A DNA stretch of 64,000 bases. Source: an uncultured Verrucomicrobiae bacterium. Lineage in GTDB: Bacteria; Verrucomicrobiota; Verrucomicrobiia; Limisphaerales; AAA164-E04. A program made the position numbers and the translations under genes. The DNA lies in the NCBI GenBank assembly GCA_951813855.1, contig OX638380.1:386876-450875 (forward strand), written 5' to 3'. Positions 20,282-29,839 of this stretch are shown piece after piece; position 1 is the stretch's first letter, and every line of letters starts with the position of its first letter. A model generated the notes under the pieces. That model ran no database searches, was not told where the DNA came from, and saw only the letters and a program-made list of their open reading frames with translations.

Positions 20282-21529
20282 TCAACCACTCGAAAGCCTC
20301 ATCAATTGGGCGCATAGGAGAGCGGCATAGGTGCCTACTCCGTAACCCAGCACCGCCAATAACACGCCCACCGGCGCCAGGGACGGATGAAAGGCACTGG
20401 CAACCACCGGAGCCGAAGCGGCTCCCCCGATATTCGCCTGGCTGCCCACCGCAATCAAAAAATAGGGAGCCCGAATGATTTTCCCCACTGTGAAGATCAC
20501 CAATCCGTGCACCAATATCCAGATCAGGCCCATGACGAAATATTGCCAATTCTCGGCGATCGAGGTCACGTCCATCTTCATGCCGATCGAAGCGATCAGC
20601 AAATAGAGAAATACCGTGCCCATTTTCGAGGCGCCCACCGATTCCAGCTTCGAAGCGCCGGTCAGCGACAACAGGACTCCGCCAGTGGTAGCGATCACGA
20701 CTAGCCAAAAAAAGTGACTTGTCAAACTGAACTCCGCCAGTATCGGCATCTGAACTTGCAGCCAGGGCACGATCCAGTCCGCTAAATAATGTGCCAAGCC
20801 CGTCACCCCGAAGCCCACGGCCAATAACGTGAACCAATCCGCCGCCTGAGGGGTTTTCTGTCCGGCCTCCTGCCGAGCGGTCATTTTTTGCTTCAGATTC
20901 TCGATAACCGACGCGTCGGCTCGATTCCATTTGTCGATCCCGGCCGCTCTGGGGATGTTCAGGATCAAGAACGCCATCCAGACGTTGGCCACGAGGACAT
21001 CGACGGCGATCATGGCGGAAAACAAGGTTTCCTCGACTTGGAACACTTCCTTCATCGCCGTCTGATTGGCCCCTCCCCCGATCCACGAACCGGCCACCGT
21101 CGACATGCCTCGCCAGATCTCGCCCGTCATCGCTGACGGCCAGAGCTGCTGCATGACCAACAGGCTCACCACGCCCCCGAGCACGACGCCGAAGGTTCCG
21201 GCCAGGAAGATCGTCACCGCCTTGGGGCCCAGGCGCAGAATTTCCCGCAGGTCCGCGCTGAGGGTCAACAAGACCAGACTGGCCGGCAACAAATACCGAG
21301 AACTCACGTAATACAGCTGGGATTGGTTCGGATCGTAGACGCCCAACACCGTGAACAACGAGGGCAGGAAATAGCAAACCAGCAAGGGAGGCACGACGCG
21401 GTAGAAACGCCGCAACCAGACGTTTGAACTGCTCGAGGTGCGAAAAACGAAGGCCAGGATCAAGCACAGAATGCCTAATACCACGCCGTCGTTAGTAGTC
21501 CAGGGATTCGATTGAATCGGATCCTCCAT
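20282..21529 (-). CDS. polytopic membrane protein, DUF819-like
   Basis: 415 aa, about 10-12 TM segments. Family call is from memory of the DUF819 pattern. The alternative same-strand ORF 20268..21467 is an Arg/Gly-rich wrong frame. Confidence 0.5.
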   Translation of the reverse strand: MEDPIQSNPWTTNDGVVLGILCLILAFVFRTSSSSNVWLRRFYRVVPPLLVCYFLPSLFTVLGVYDPNQSQLYYVSSRYLLPASLVLLTLSADLREILRLGPKAVTIFLAGTFGVVLGGVVSLLVMQQLWPSAMTGEIWRGMSTVAGSWIGGGANQTAMKEVFQVEETLFSAMIAVDVLVANVWMAFLILNIPRAAGIDKWNRADASVIENLKQKMTARQEAGQKTPQAADWFTLLAVGFGVTGLAHYLADWIVPWLQVQMPILAEFSLTSHFFWLVVIATTGGVLLSLTGASKLESVGASKMGTVFLYLLIASIGMKMDVTSIAENWQYFVMGLIWILVHGLVIFTVGKIIRAPYFLIAVGSQANIGGAASAPVVASAFHPSLAPVGVLLAVLGYGVGTYAALLCAQLMRLSSG

Positions 21530-21553
21530 TCTGGCGCTCCCGTTCGCTCCGGC

Positions 21554-23383
21554 TCAGGCCGCTTTCGCGCTTCCCCTCGCTACTTTGAAGAGGTAAATGG
21601 CGACCCCCGCAATCACCACTAACGACACGAAAGATTCGGGTTCCAGATTAAAGAAAATCAGCAAAGCGAGCAATACGCCCATGATCGATTCGCCGGCCAC
21701 GTAGCCCGAGGCCAACAGCACTCCGTTGTCGGATTTCCCTTCGGTGTTCTGGCGATTCTTGTCGGCGAAAAAGCGCACGACACCGCCCAGAAAAATCGGC
21801 ACGGCCAAGGAAATCGGTAAATAAATACCTACCGCCACCGGCATCAAATAAAGCCGGAACGACATGCCCTTGTACTTGAGAATCGCATCCAAAATCAAGA
21901 TGACGACGCCGATACCCGCTCCGATAAGCAACATGTCGGTAGGCAAGTCCGCGTCGCCGAACAAGGTTTGGGTCAGGCTGGCGAACAAGGTCGCTTGCGG
22001 GGCCTTGAGTCCGTCGCCGATGCCGTAGGTCGAATGCAACAAGGTAAGCACCGGAGCGATCACGACTGCCGGGATCACTACACCGATGACTTGACCTAAT
22101 TGCTGATAACGAGGCGTCGCTTTAACCATCAGTCCGGTTTTAAGGTCCTGCGAGCAATCGCCCGCGATGGCCGCCGCGCAGCAAACGACGGCCGCCACCC
22201 CCAAAGTCGCCAAAATCGCCGAATCTCCCTGAAAGCCCAGGACCAAGAACAACGACGCCGAAGCCAACAGGGTCGTAATCGTCATGCCTGATACCGGATT
22301 ATTGGAAGTGCCGATCAACCCGACGATATAACTGGAAACCGCCACGAAGCAAAAGGCCAGCGCGATCATGACCAAGGTGACCAGCAATGAAAATTTCAAA
22401 TCGTTAATCAGATGCTGATAAATGAAAAACGTGAGGGCCGCCGCCCCGAGAAACAGCAACCCCAAAGCGAAGATGGGAATATCCTTTTCGGTGCGTTCCG
22501 GCGATTTCTCGGAATCGCCCCGGACCGTTTGCGCCAGGCGGGAAAACGCGGAAGCAATGCCCGTCCGCACCGAAAAGATCGATGCCAATCCTCCCACGAC
22601 CATGGCTCCGACCCCGATATACCGGACTTTCTCACTCCACAGGGTCCACGCCGCATCGAGGGCTTCCGTTTCTTCCGGGGGAGAAAAGTATCCCAATAAC
22701 GGCAATGCGATCACCCAACCGATGACTCCGCCTAAAAACACCAGCACGGCGATGTTCAACTTCACGATATAGCCGACCGCCAATAACATCGGCGAAATGT
22801 CAATTCCGAAATAGAAAACGCTATCCTTAGCCTTGACGGCGTATTCCACCGTGCCTTTCAAGAATTCCAGGCCGGTCATCAGAAATTTGACGACCGCCCC
22901 GACGATCAAGCCTTTGGCGACCAGAATGACCCCCCTCATGCTGTCGGAAGACCCGGTTTCCAGCACCGTAGCGCAGGCCATTCCCTCCGGATAGGTGAGT
23001 TTCTTGTCTTCGACGATCAGTGCCCGCCTCAAGGGGACCATGAACACCACGCCCAACAGTCCGCCGGCGACGGTAATCAAGGTAGTGGGCCAAAACTTGA
23101 ATTCCTGCCAAGCGCCGATGAGCACCAAAGCCGGGAGGGTAAAAATGGCGCCCGCGGCCAAGGATTCTCCGGCACTGGCGATGGTTTGTACGAGGTTGCT
23201 TTCCAGAATGCTCTGGCGCCGCAGGATCCCGCGGAAAATTCCCATGGCGATCACCGCCGCGGGAACCGAGGCCGAAACGGTCATGCCGGCGTACAGTCCG
23301 ACGTAAACGTTCGCCGTAGTCATAATTATGGCTACGATCATGCCAATCCCGACGGCCAACAAAGTAAATTCTCGAGGTATCAT
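21554..23383 (-). CDS. OPT-family oligopeptide transporter
   Basis: 609 aa. N-terminus REFTLLAVGIGMIVAIIMTTANVYVGLYAGMTVSASVPAAVIAMG...ESNLVQTIASAGESLAAGAIFTLPAL is characteristic of bacterial OPT-superfamily proteins. Confidence 0.85.
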   Translation of the reverse strand: MIPREFTLLAVGIGMIVAIIMTTANVYVGLYAGMTVSASVPAAVIAMGIFRGILRRQSILESNLVQTIASAGESLAAGAIFTLPALVLIGAWQEFKFWPTTLITVAGGLLGVVFMVPLRRALIVEDKKLTYPEGMACATVLETGSSDSMRGVILVAKGLIVGAVVKFLMTGLEFLKGTVEYAVKAKDSVFYFGIDISPMLLAVGYIVKLNIAVLVFLGGVIGWVIALPLLGYFSPPEETEALDAAWTLWSEKVRYIGVGAMVVGGLASIFSVRTGIASAFSRLAQTVRGDSEKSPERTEKDIPIFALGLLFLGAAALTFFIYQHLINDLKFSLLVTLVMIALAFCFVAVSSYIVGLIGTSNNPVSGMTITTLLASASLFLVLGFQGDSAILATLGVAAVVCCAAAIAGDCSQDLKTGLMVKATPRYQQLGQVIGVVIPAVVIAPVLTLLHSTYGIGDGLKAPQATLFASLTQTLFGDADLPTDMLLIGAGIGVVILILDAILKYKGMSFRLYLMPVAVGIYLPISLAVPIFLGGVVRFFADKNRQNTEGKSDNGVLLASGYVAGESIMGVLLALLIFFNLEPESFVSLVVIAGVAIYLFKVARGSAKAA

Positions 23384-23449
23384 AAACTTCGACTGAATCG
23401 CGGACTGTCGCCTCTCCGCCCAGGTCTCTCAGGTCTCAGAAGATCAACG

Positions 23450-25504
23450 TCAGTTATAGGTCGGCAGAAAGGAATAAGCCGACGAATAACCAAGATGTTG
23501 CTCCGTGAAATCGTCGGGATACTCGAGGTGCACGTCCTGAATCTCGCCCTGATCGTCGGTTACCGCGATCAACCGCGGGTTGATGAACGCCGAATACGGC
23601 GCGAGGTCCAAGGCTTTAACCCGGGCGAGCACTTCCTGGTGCAATTCCTGATCCACTTTCACCCCATAACGTTCGACCAACGCTTTGCCGGCGACGTAAT
23701 CGCCCTCGGATTTAATCCGCTGAATCTCACGAAGCAATTCGCCGAACAGCCCGGTCAAAGCGTCGTAGTCGTTGATCCGGACGTAAGTCTTTCCGGCCCG
23801 TTGTTCCATGACGACCACCGATTTTGCGGCGCCGTGCTCTAACACCCAGCGACAAATTAATTGCCGGTTCCGCATGTGATCCTCTTCGATATTTTCGCCC
23901 GGTTCGATGCGCCGCAGTTGCACGAGCAACCCGTTGCGCAGATAACTTTGGTAGGCCTCCTTCCCCACGTCGGTCGTGGGCATCAAACTGAGTTCGACCA
24001 GTTTCGAATGCCGCGCGAAATACAGGGCGACCAAATCCGCTCGGGCTTCCTCCAGCGTCGAAGCGTACGACTTGAGCGTTTCCTTGGGAGTGCCGATTCC
24101 CGGATCGATCCGGCCGGAAGCGTGGCCGATCACTTCGTGCATATCGACATGCAGATTATGAGACAAGGCTCCCCACCGCTTGGAGAGATCGAACTCTTCC
24201 TCGCTGGCGGCGAATTCTTGCAGCAAGCCGTCGGACTTCGACACTTCGTCGTAAGCGTTGACGATGTTGGCCAAATTAACCGACTTGGAACCATATTGGG
24301 CGCGGATCCAGTTGGCGTTGGGTAAATTGACCCCGATGGGTGAAGCGGGCGAGATGTCGCCGGCGCCGACGACCACGTTGATGACCTTCGCCGAGATGCC
24401 CCGCACCTCCGGCTTTTTGTGCTGGTCCAGGATCGAAGAGTTATCCTCGAACCATTGCGCCGCTTCGCTGATCGCGGCAATGCGTTGGGAAGCCTGGGGG
24501 TCGCGAATCGACACCATGGATTCGAAGGCTCCGCGGTAACCGGCGGCGTCGCCGTAGACTTCGATGAAGCCGTTGATCAGATCGATGTGCGATTCGGTAT
24601 CCGCCACCCAAGCGATGCAGTGATGGTCGAAGGTTCGCAATTGCCCGGTGCGGTAATAGGCGATCAGCAATTCCAACGCCCGCCGCTGGGAGGCGTTCTC
24701 TGCCACTTGCACGGCTTTCTCCAACCAATGCACGATCCGCTCGATACTCGACGAATACATGCCGCCGAGCTTCCAGGTCTTTTCGTACACCACTCCGTTT
24801 TCCCTGATCAACTTGGAATTCAGTCCGTAGGAAATCGGGCGGTCGTCGCCGTCTCCCTCCATCTTCCGGTAAAAGAACTCCACGTCGACCATGTTGACGT
24901 TCTCGTAATAATTGTTGGCCGAATCGGCGATCGGATCCGCGCCGGCGTCCTTGTTCACCCGTTTGGCGTCCACTGCCGGATCGAACAGGATCGGACGCAA
25001 GCGTTCCTGGAGTTCGTCCGCGGTCTCCCCGGAAGCGAGCGGGAGCAATCCGGCGTCGGATCCCGCGATCAGCTGCCGAAGGTACTCGGGCCCGAATCCG
25101 GGACTGAATTTTCGGGTGGAATAATGATGGTGAATGCCGTTGGCGACCCAGATGCGTTTGAGATAAACCGTAAAAGCCTCCCAATCCGGCCCCGATCGTT
25201 CGCCCCGGTAGCTTCGGTGGATGGCTTCCAACAACCGACGAATACAAAGGTTATGCTTGTAGTTCTGATCGTAAATGATGTCGCGGCCCGACAGGGAAGC
25301 TTGGGCAAGATAATAGCTCAGCCGTTTTTGCTGCAGGGGCAGCGATTCGAAACCCGGGACTTGGAAACGAAGGATTCTCAGGTCGGCGAACTGCTCGACC
25401 TGCCATTGAAACGATTCCGTTGGTTGCTCTTTATCCGCCATCGCCAAAAACGCCCATCCCGAAACCAGAAAGGCATACGCCCCCGACCACATCAACTTCG
25501 GCAT
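23450..25504 (-). CDS. peptidase family M49 (dipeptidyl-peptidase III-like) with signal peptide
   Basis: Zinc motifs HEVIGH (HExxGH) and EEARADL (EExR/KAE/D) with M49-like spacing; 684 aa. Confidence 0.8.
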   Translation of the reverse strand: MPKLMWSGAYAFLVSGWAFLAMADKEQPTESFQWQVEQFADLRILRFQVPGFESLPLQQKRLSYYLAQASLSGRDIIYDQNYKHNLCIRRLLEAIHRSYRGERSGPDWEAFTVYLKRIWVANGIHHHYSTRKFSPGFGPEYLRQLIAGSDAGLLPLASGETADELQERLRPILFDPAVDAKRVNKDAGADPIADSANNYYENVNMVDVEFFYRKMEGDGDDRPISYGLNSKLIRENGVVYEKTWKLGGMYSSSIERIVHWLEKAVQVAENASQRRALELLIAYYRTGQLRTFDHHCIAWVADTESHIDLINGFIEVYGDAAGYRGAFESMVSIRDPQASQRIAAISEAAQWFEDNSSILDQHKKPEVRGISAKVINVVVGAGDISPASPIGVNLPNANWIRAQYGSKSVNLANIVNAYDEVSKSDGLLQEFAASEEEFDLSKRWGALSHNLHVDMHEVIGHASGRIDPGIGTPKETLKSYASTLEEARADLVALYFARHSKLVELSLMPTTDVGKEAYQSYLRNGLLVQLRRIEPGENIEEDHMRNRQLICRWVLEHGAAKSVVVMEQRAGKTYVRINDYDALTGLFGELLREIQRIKSEGDYVAGKALVERYGVKVDQELHQEVLARVKALDLAPYSAFINPRLIAVTDDQGEIQDVHLEYPDDFTEQHLGYSSAYSFLPTYN

Positions 25505-25769
25505 AAGTCATTTGATGCTGTTTCCCGATTGCCGAGGCAAGGAAAAAGACCGGTAGAAAATTTTCCCGGCCGGCCCGGCGAACCTAACCGAGTTCTCGCG
25601 GTTTTCAATCCGGAAAAAGGCCGCCCCCAGTAATCCGACGCCTCGGGTTTTTGTCCCGAGCGAGCGGCGCTTCTTCAAACTCTCCGCTTGACAGCGAACC
25701 GACTCTTCGTTCCAATCGGCATACCGTTACTACGGATCGGTTATTCCGAAGCGCAGGTTGCGCCCCAGC

Positions 25770-28700
25770 ATGAATATCAAGCTTCCCCGCGAAATCGACG
25801 CGAAGTTCAACCAGTTGAAGGCCCGGTTGTGGAAGGTTCAAACGCTCCAGACTTCGCTAGCCGTTTTCGTCGCTCTGAGCGTTTCCTGGTTGCTGGTTTT
25901 CTTCTTGGATCGTCAAACCGACACCGCCGCGGCCGTACGGCTGATACTGTTGTCGCTGGGATGCGCCTTCGCCCTGTGGCCGCTCTGCCGTTGGCTGCTC
26001 ACTTGGGTCGTTCGCGAACCCGGGTTCAAACGCCTGGCCGTTCTCGTTCAACGGCGATACCGGTTGCTGGGCGACCGGCTGTTGGGCATCGTCGAACTGG
26101 CTAACGAATCAACCCGCCCGGCGCACTTTTCGGAAGAACTCTACGAAGCCGCCATCAAGCAGGTTTCCGACGACGCCAAGACCTACGATTTCGACCAAGC
26201 GGTTTCCACGCGCCAGCTGCGCCGTTTGATTTTAACCGCGAGCGCCGCCGGCTTGGTGATCGTGTCGCTCTCGGGACTGTTTCCCGGCGCCGCCGCGAAC
26301 GCATTCGCCCGATGGATCGCTCCCTACCAGGACGTTCCCCGGTATACGCTGGTGCGGATCAACAATCTGGAAGCCCGCGGCACCATGGTGCACGGCGAAC
26401 CCTTCGAAGTGGCCGCCGAAGTTCGTTACCTCTCGTTCTGGCGTCCCAAGACGGTTCGCGCGCAGTTCGACAGCCAGCGTCCGTTGGAGCCGACCTCAGT
26501 AGCCGACCAAGCTATCAACCTCCAAGTCCCCGGCCAATTCGAAAATCGGATCTTAGAGGTGCGGGTCGGCGACGCGACGGCGCGATTGCCGGTCGAACCG
26601 GTGTTTCGCCCGAAACTGATCGATATCGGCGGGGAAGAAATCTTGCCCGGCTACCTGCAACGCTCGCCCCGCCCCGTCAGTATTTCCGGAGGCGTGCTGG
26701 AAGTGTTGGAAGGCAGTACGGTGTCCCTGCACGGGACCGTCAGCCGCGAGTTGAAGGACGCCGAATTGCAGTGGAGCGAAGAGAGCGAAAGCCGCCTGAC
26801 GATCGACGGCGCCAATTTCACCAGCGCTCCCCTGTCCTTGACCAACGTCTACCAGGCGGCGCTCGACTGGCGGGACCGCCTGGATTTGCGCAACGCCGAA
26901 CCATGGCAGTTTACCGTCCGGCACAACCCGGATCGATCGCCGGCGATCGAGTTGCCCGAACTGGGATTCGACAACGCCATTCTCGACACCGAGGTCTTGG
27001 CCTTGCGGATGGTCGCGCGCGACGATTTCGGAGTCGACAGTTTCGGGTTGGATTGGCGGATCGACTCGGAAGCGCCGGACCTTAAAATGAGCGAAACCGA
27101 ATTCCATGACGGTTCCGTCCATCGGTCGCAACCGGAGTTGGACGTGACCTTTTATTTCAGTCCCTCGATCTACGGCGTGCCGGCCGGCGTCACCATGGCG
27201 CTGCAAGGTTTCGCCACCGATTTTCTGCCCGGCCGCGAACCCGTGAAAACCGCCGTGCACCGCATCCACGTGGTCAGTTCGGCCGAACATGCCGAGTTGC
27301 TGCGCTCCCGGCTGGAATCGTTGTTAACGTACTTGGAGGAAATCGGCTGGTTACAGGAAAAACTGCTGGAAGCTTCGACGCAACTTTCGGAAGACGAAGG
27401 CTTGGACGAGGCCGCGATGAAAAACCGGTTGGAAGATCAGATCGACGATCAAGGCATGAACGCCGCGCAACTGAACCAACTGGCGCAGCAAGGTTTCGAC
27501 GTCCTGCAGGAAGCCATGCGCAACGCCCGGTTCAGCGACGAAATGATGGAACAATGGACCCAGACCATGTCCCAGATGCAATCGCTGGCCCAGCAAGACA
27601 TGGCTCGGGCTTCGCAATCGCTTTCTTCGGCTCGCCGGAATCAGGAAAACCGCTCGGAACACCTGAGCGAAGCTCAACGCCGGCAGCAACAGATCCTCGA
27701 AGCGCTGGAAGCGTTGCAAACCCAAATCAACGAAGGGCTCGACGCCATGGAAGCCATGACGCTGGCGGAACGGTTGCGCTCCATCAGCGCCCGGGAAACC
27801 GAAATGGAAGAAAAGTTGATGGAATCGGCCGCCGACGTCATCGGAAAATTCCCCGACGAACTCGCTCCGCGTTACCGGGCGATCCATGATCGGCTATTCG
27901 AAAAACAGACGGAAGCCGGCACGCAGACCCAGACCCTGCAGCAAGAAATCGGCCGCTTTTTCGAACGCACGGCCCGGCAGCCCTACGGCGACGTCAACGA
28001 AGCGATGAAAGAGACGAAGGCCGTCGAAGCGCTAATGGCGATCAGGGAACTCATCCAAGAAAATATCGCCATGCAAGCCGCCGAAGAATTATCCGATTGG
28101 GCCAAGCAGTTCGACGATTGGGCTTCCTTGCTGGAACCGGAAGAATCGGGCGGCGGGGGCGGAGGCGAAGGGGGCGAAATCCTGGATCTGACCCGTCAAT
28201 TGATGGCTCTCTTGCGATTGCGGGAAAGCGAACTGACGCTACGGGTCCAAACCACCCTGTTGGAGCGAAAACGAGAAGAATTCCTGGCGGAGTTTCTGAC
28301 CCGGCGCACCGGGGATTTATCCGTCACTCAGCAACAGCTCCGCAGCAAGCTCGAGGAGATCATCTTGGAAATGCCAGTGCTGGAAATCGAGGCCGTGCTT
28401 CAGGAAGCCCGCGAAGCTATGGATCAGGTCGTCGAACGGCTCGACAGGGAAGATACCGGCGAAGCAACCGTGGCGTCGCAAACCGAGGCGATCGACGTCA
28501 TTTCCGACGCCATCAATCTGATCAACGAACAAGCTCGCAGAATGAGCCAAGGCGACCCGAGCATGGCCCAACAAATCGCCATGATGATGCAGATGGCGTC
28601 CATGGGGCAAGGAAGAGCCTTGGGAACCACCCCGTCCAACAGCGGCAATCCGGGCGGAGGCGACACCGATCGCACGGCCGAGGATTTAGTGGGACAAACG

Positions 28701-28856
28701 TCCGGCGATGCCGGCCAAGGCCGTTCTCGGCAACGCTCCAGCGGCCGGTTAGAAGAACGCCCCACCGAATTCCGCCGGGCCTTCGAACAATACTACCGCC
28801 AATTGGAACGTCTCGAACGGCAACTGCCCGGAACGGAATCGGCCGTTCAACCATGA
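25770..28856 (+). CDS. large membrane-anchored coiled-coil protein (DUF4175-like architecture)
   Basis: N-terminal TM hairpin (LAVFVALSVSWLLVFFL; LILLSLGCAFALWPL) and a further TM (LILTASAAGLVIVSL). Beta-rich middle, a long Glu/Gln/Ala-rich coiled-coil C-terminal half, and a Gly run (ESGGGGGEGGE). Start placed at ATG 25770; the ORF-track TTG is at 25758. Confidence 0.6.
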   Translation: MNIKLPREIDAKFNQLKARLWKVQTLQTSLAVFVALSVSWLLVFFLDRQTDTAAAVRLILLSLGCAFALWPLCRWLLTWVVREPGFKRLAVLVQRRYRLLGDRLLGIVELANESTRPAHFSEELYEAAIKQVSDDAKTYDFDQAVSTRQLRRLILTASAAGLVIVSLSGLFPGAAANAFARWIAPYQDVPRYTLVRINNLEARGTMVHGEPFEVAAEVRYLSFWRPKTVRAQFDSQRPLEPTSVADQAINLQVPGQFENRILEVRVGDATARLPVEPVFRPKLIDIGGEEILPGYLQRSPRPVSISGGVLEVLEGSTVSLHGTVSRELKDAELQWSEESESRLTIDGANFTSAPLSLTNVYQAALDWRDRLDLRNAEPWQFTVRHNPDRSPAIELPELGFDNAILDTEVLALRMVARDDFGVDSFGLDWRIDSEAPDLKMSETEFHDGSVHRSQPELDVTFYFSPSIYGVPAGVTMALQGFATDFLPGREPVKTAVHRIHVVSSAEHAELLRSRLESLLTYLEEIGWLQEKLLEASTQLSEDEGLDEAAMKNRLEDQIDDQGMNAAQLNQLAQQGFDVLQEAMRNARFSDEMMEQWTQTMSQMQSLAQQDMARASQSLSSARRNQENRSEHLSEAQRRQQQILEALEALQTQINEGLDAMEAMTLAERLRSISARETEMEEKLMESAADVIGKFPDELAPRYRAIHDRLFEKQTEAGTQTQTLQQEIGRFFERTARQPYGDVNEAMKETKAVEALMAIRELIQENIAMQAAEELSDWAKQFDDWASLLEPEESGGGGGGEGGEILDLTRQLMALLRLRESELTLRVQTTLLERKREEFLAEFLTRRTGDLSVTQQQLRSKLEEIILEMPVLEIEAVLQEAREAMDQVVERLDREDTGEATVASQTEAIDVISDAINLINEQARRMSQGDPSMAQQIAMMMQMASMGQGRALGTTPSNSGNPGGGDTDRTAEDLVGQTSGDAGQGRSRQRSSGRLEERPTEFRRAFEQYYRQLERLERQLPGTESAVQP

Positions 28857-29836
28857 AAAGGTCGCTATTCGCCGCGCTCTGGTTAGCCGTGATTCCGCTG
28901 ACCTCGGCGCAGGAACTTTTTATCGAATCGGTCGATCTGGCCGCCACCAAGGTCGACAGCATTTACGTCAAGGGACTCGAATTCCTGAACCGCACGCAGA
29001 CCCCGGAAGGCAATTGGCCGGACTCTCCCTACGGCAGCCAAGCGGGGGTGGTGGGATTGGCGGTGGTCAGCATGTTGGCGCACGGCGACGATCCGAACAC
29101 CGGCCCCTTCAGCTTGGCGATTCATCGCGGCCTGAATTTTATCCTGGAACAGCAAAACGAGGAAACCGGCTATATCGGCCCTTCGATGTACAACCACGGC
29201 TTCGCGACCCTGGCCTTGGCCGAAGCGTATGGGACGGTCAACAATCCCCGGCTCGGCAACGCCCTGAAACAGGCCATCAAGCTCATCACGACTTCCCAAG
29301 CCAACAATTCCAACAAAGCTTGGCGCTACACGCCGGAGAGCAAAGACGCGGACACGACGGTCAGCGGCGCTCAGATGGTCGCGCTCTTCGCCGCCCGCAA
29401 CGCCGGCATCGGCGTGCCGGAAGACGCGATCCAACAAGGCATCGACTATTTCCATAAGTGTCAAACTTCGGACGGCGGCTATGGGTACACCTCCCCTTCC
29501 GGCGCGAACGCGCCCCGCACGGCCATCGGCGTCCTGGTGCTGGCGCTGGCCAAGCAGAAAGATACCGACGAATTTACCCAAGCCTTCACTTTTTTGCGCA
29601 ACTCCCGGAGCAACAATTCCTATTACCAATACTACTTGTATTACGCGTCCCAAGCCTACTTTCAAGCCGATCCGAAGCTCTGGAGAGAATGGAACCAAAA
29701 GAACATCGTCGAACTGGGCAACGCTCAAAACGGCGACGGCAGTTGGACCGGGCAATTCGGCGTGACGTTTTGCACTTCGGCCAGCCTGCTCTCGCTGGCT
29801 TTGAACTATCGTTACCTTCCCATCTATGAACGATAG
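28853..29836 (+). CDS. secreted prenyltransferase/squalene-oxidase-repeat (terpenoid-cyclase-like alpha/alpha-toroid) protein
   Basis: MKRSLFAALWLAVIPLTSAQE signal. Repeats of the type GNWPDS..., QNEETGYIG, TSDGGYGY, QNGDGSW. ATG 28853 overlaps the upstream stop (ATGA). The ORF-track extension 28097-28852 is the wrong frame of the upstream gene. Confidence 0.7.
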   Translation: MKRSLFAALWLAVIPLTSAQELFIESVDLAATKVDSIYVKGLEFLNRTQTPEGNWPDSPYGSQAGVVGLAVVSMLAHGDDPNTGPFSLAIHRGLNFILEQQNEETGYIGPSMYNHGFATLALAEAYGTVNNPRLGNALKQAIKLITTSQANNSNKAWRYTPESKDADTTVSGAQMVALFAARNAGIGVPEDAIQQGIDYFHKCQTSDGGYGYTSPSGANAPRTAIGVLVLALAKQKDTDEFTQAFTFLRNSRSNNSYYQYYLYYASQAYFQADPKLWREWNQKNIVELGNAQNGDGSWTGQFGVTFCTSASLLSLALNYRYLPIYER

Positions 29837-29839
29837 CCG

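Noticed and set aside
20268-21467. 399-aa same-strand alternative ORF to the DUF819-like gene
   Set aside because: Arg/Gly/Asp-rich with no hydrophobic segments. The 20282..21529 frame gives a coherent polytopic membrane protein.
24419-25633. 404-aa + strand ORF (and 24441..25247 -) overlapping the M49 peptidase gene
   Set aside because: Shadow frames. The M49 frame carries both zinc-binding motifs.
28097-28852. N-terminal 252-aa extension of the prenyltransferase-repeat ORF
   Set aside because: Alternative frame of the upstream coiled-coil gene (Arg/Gly-rich). A signal-peptide-bearing start at 28853 overlaps the upstream stop.
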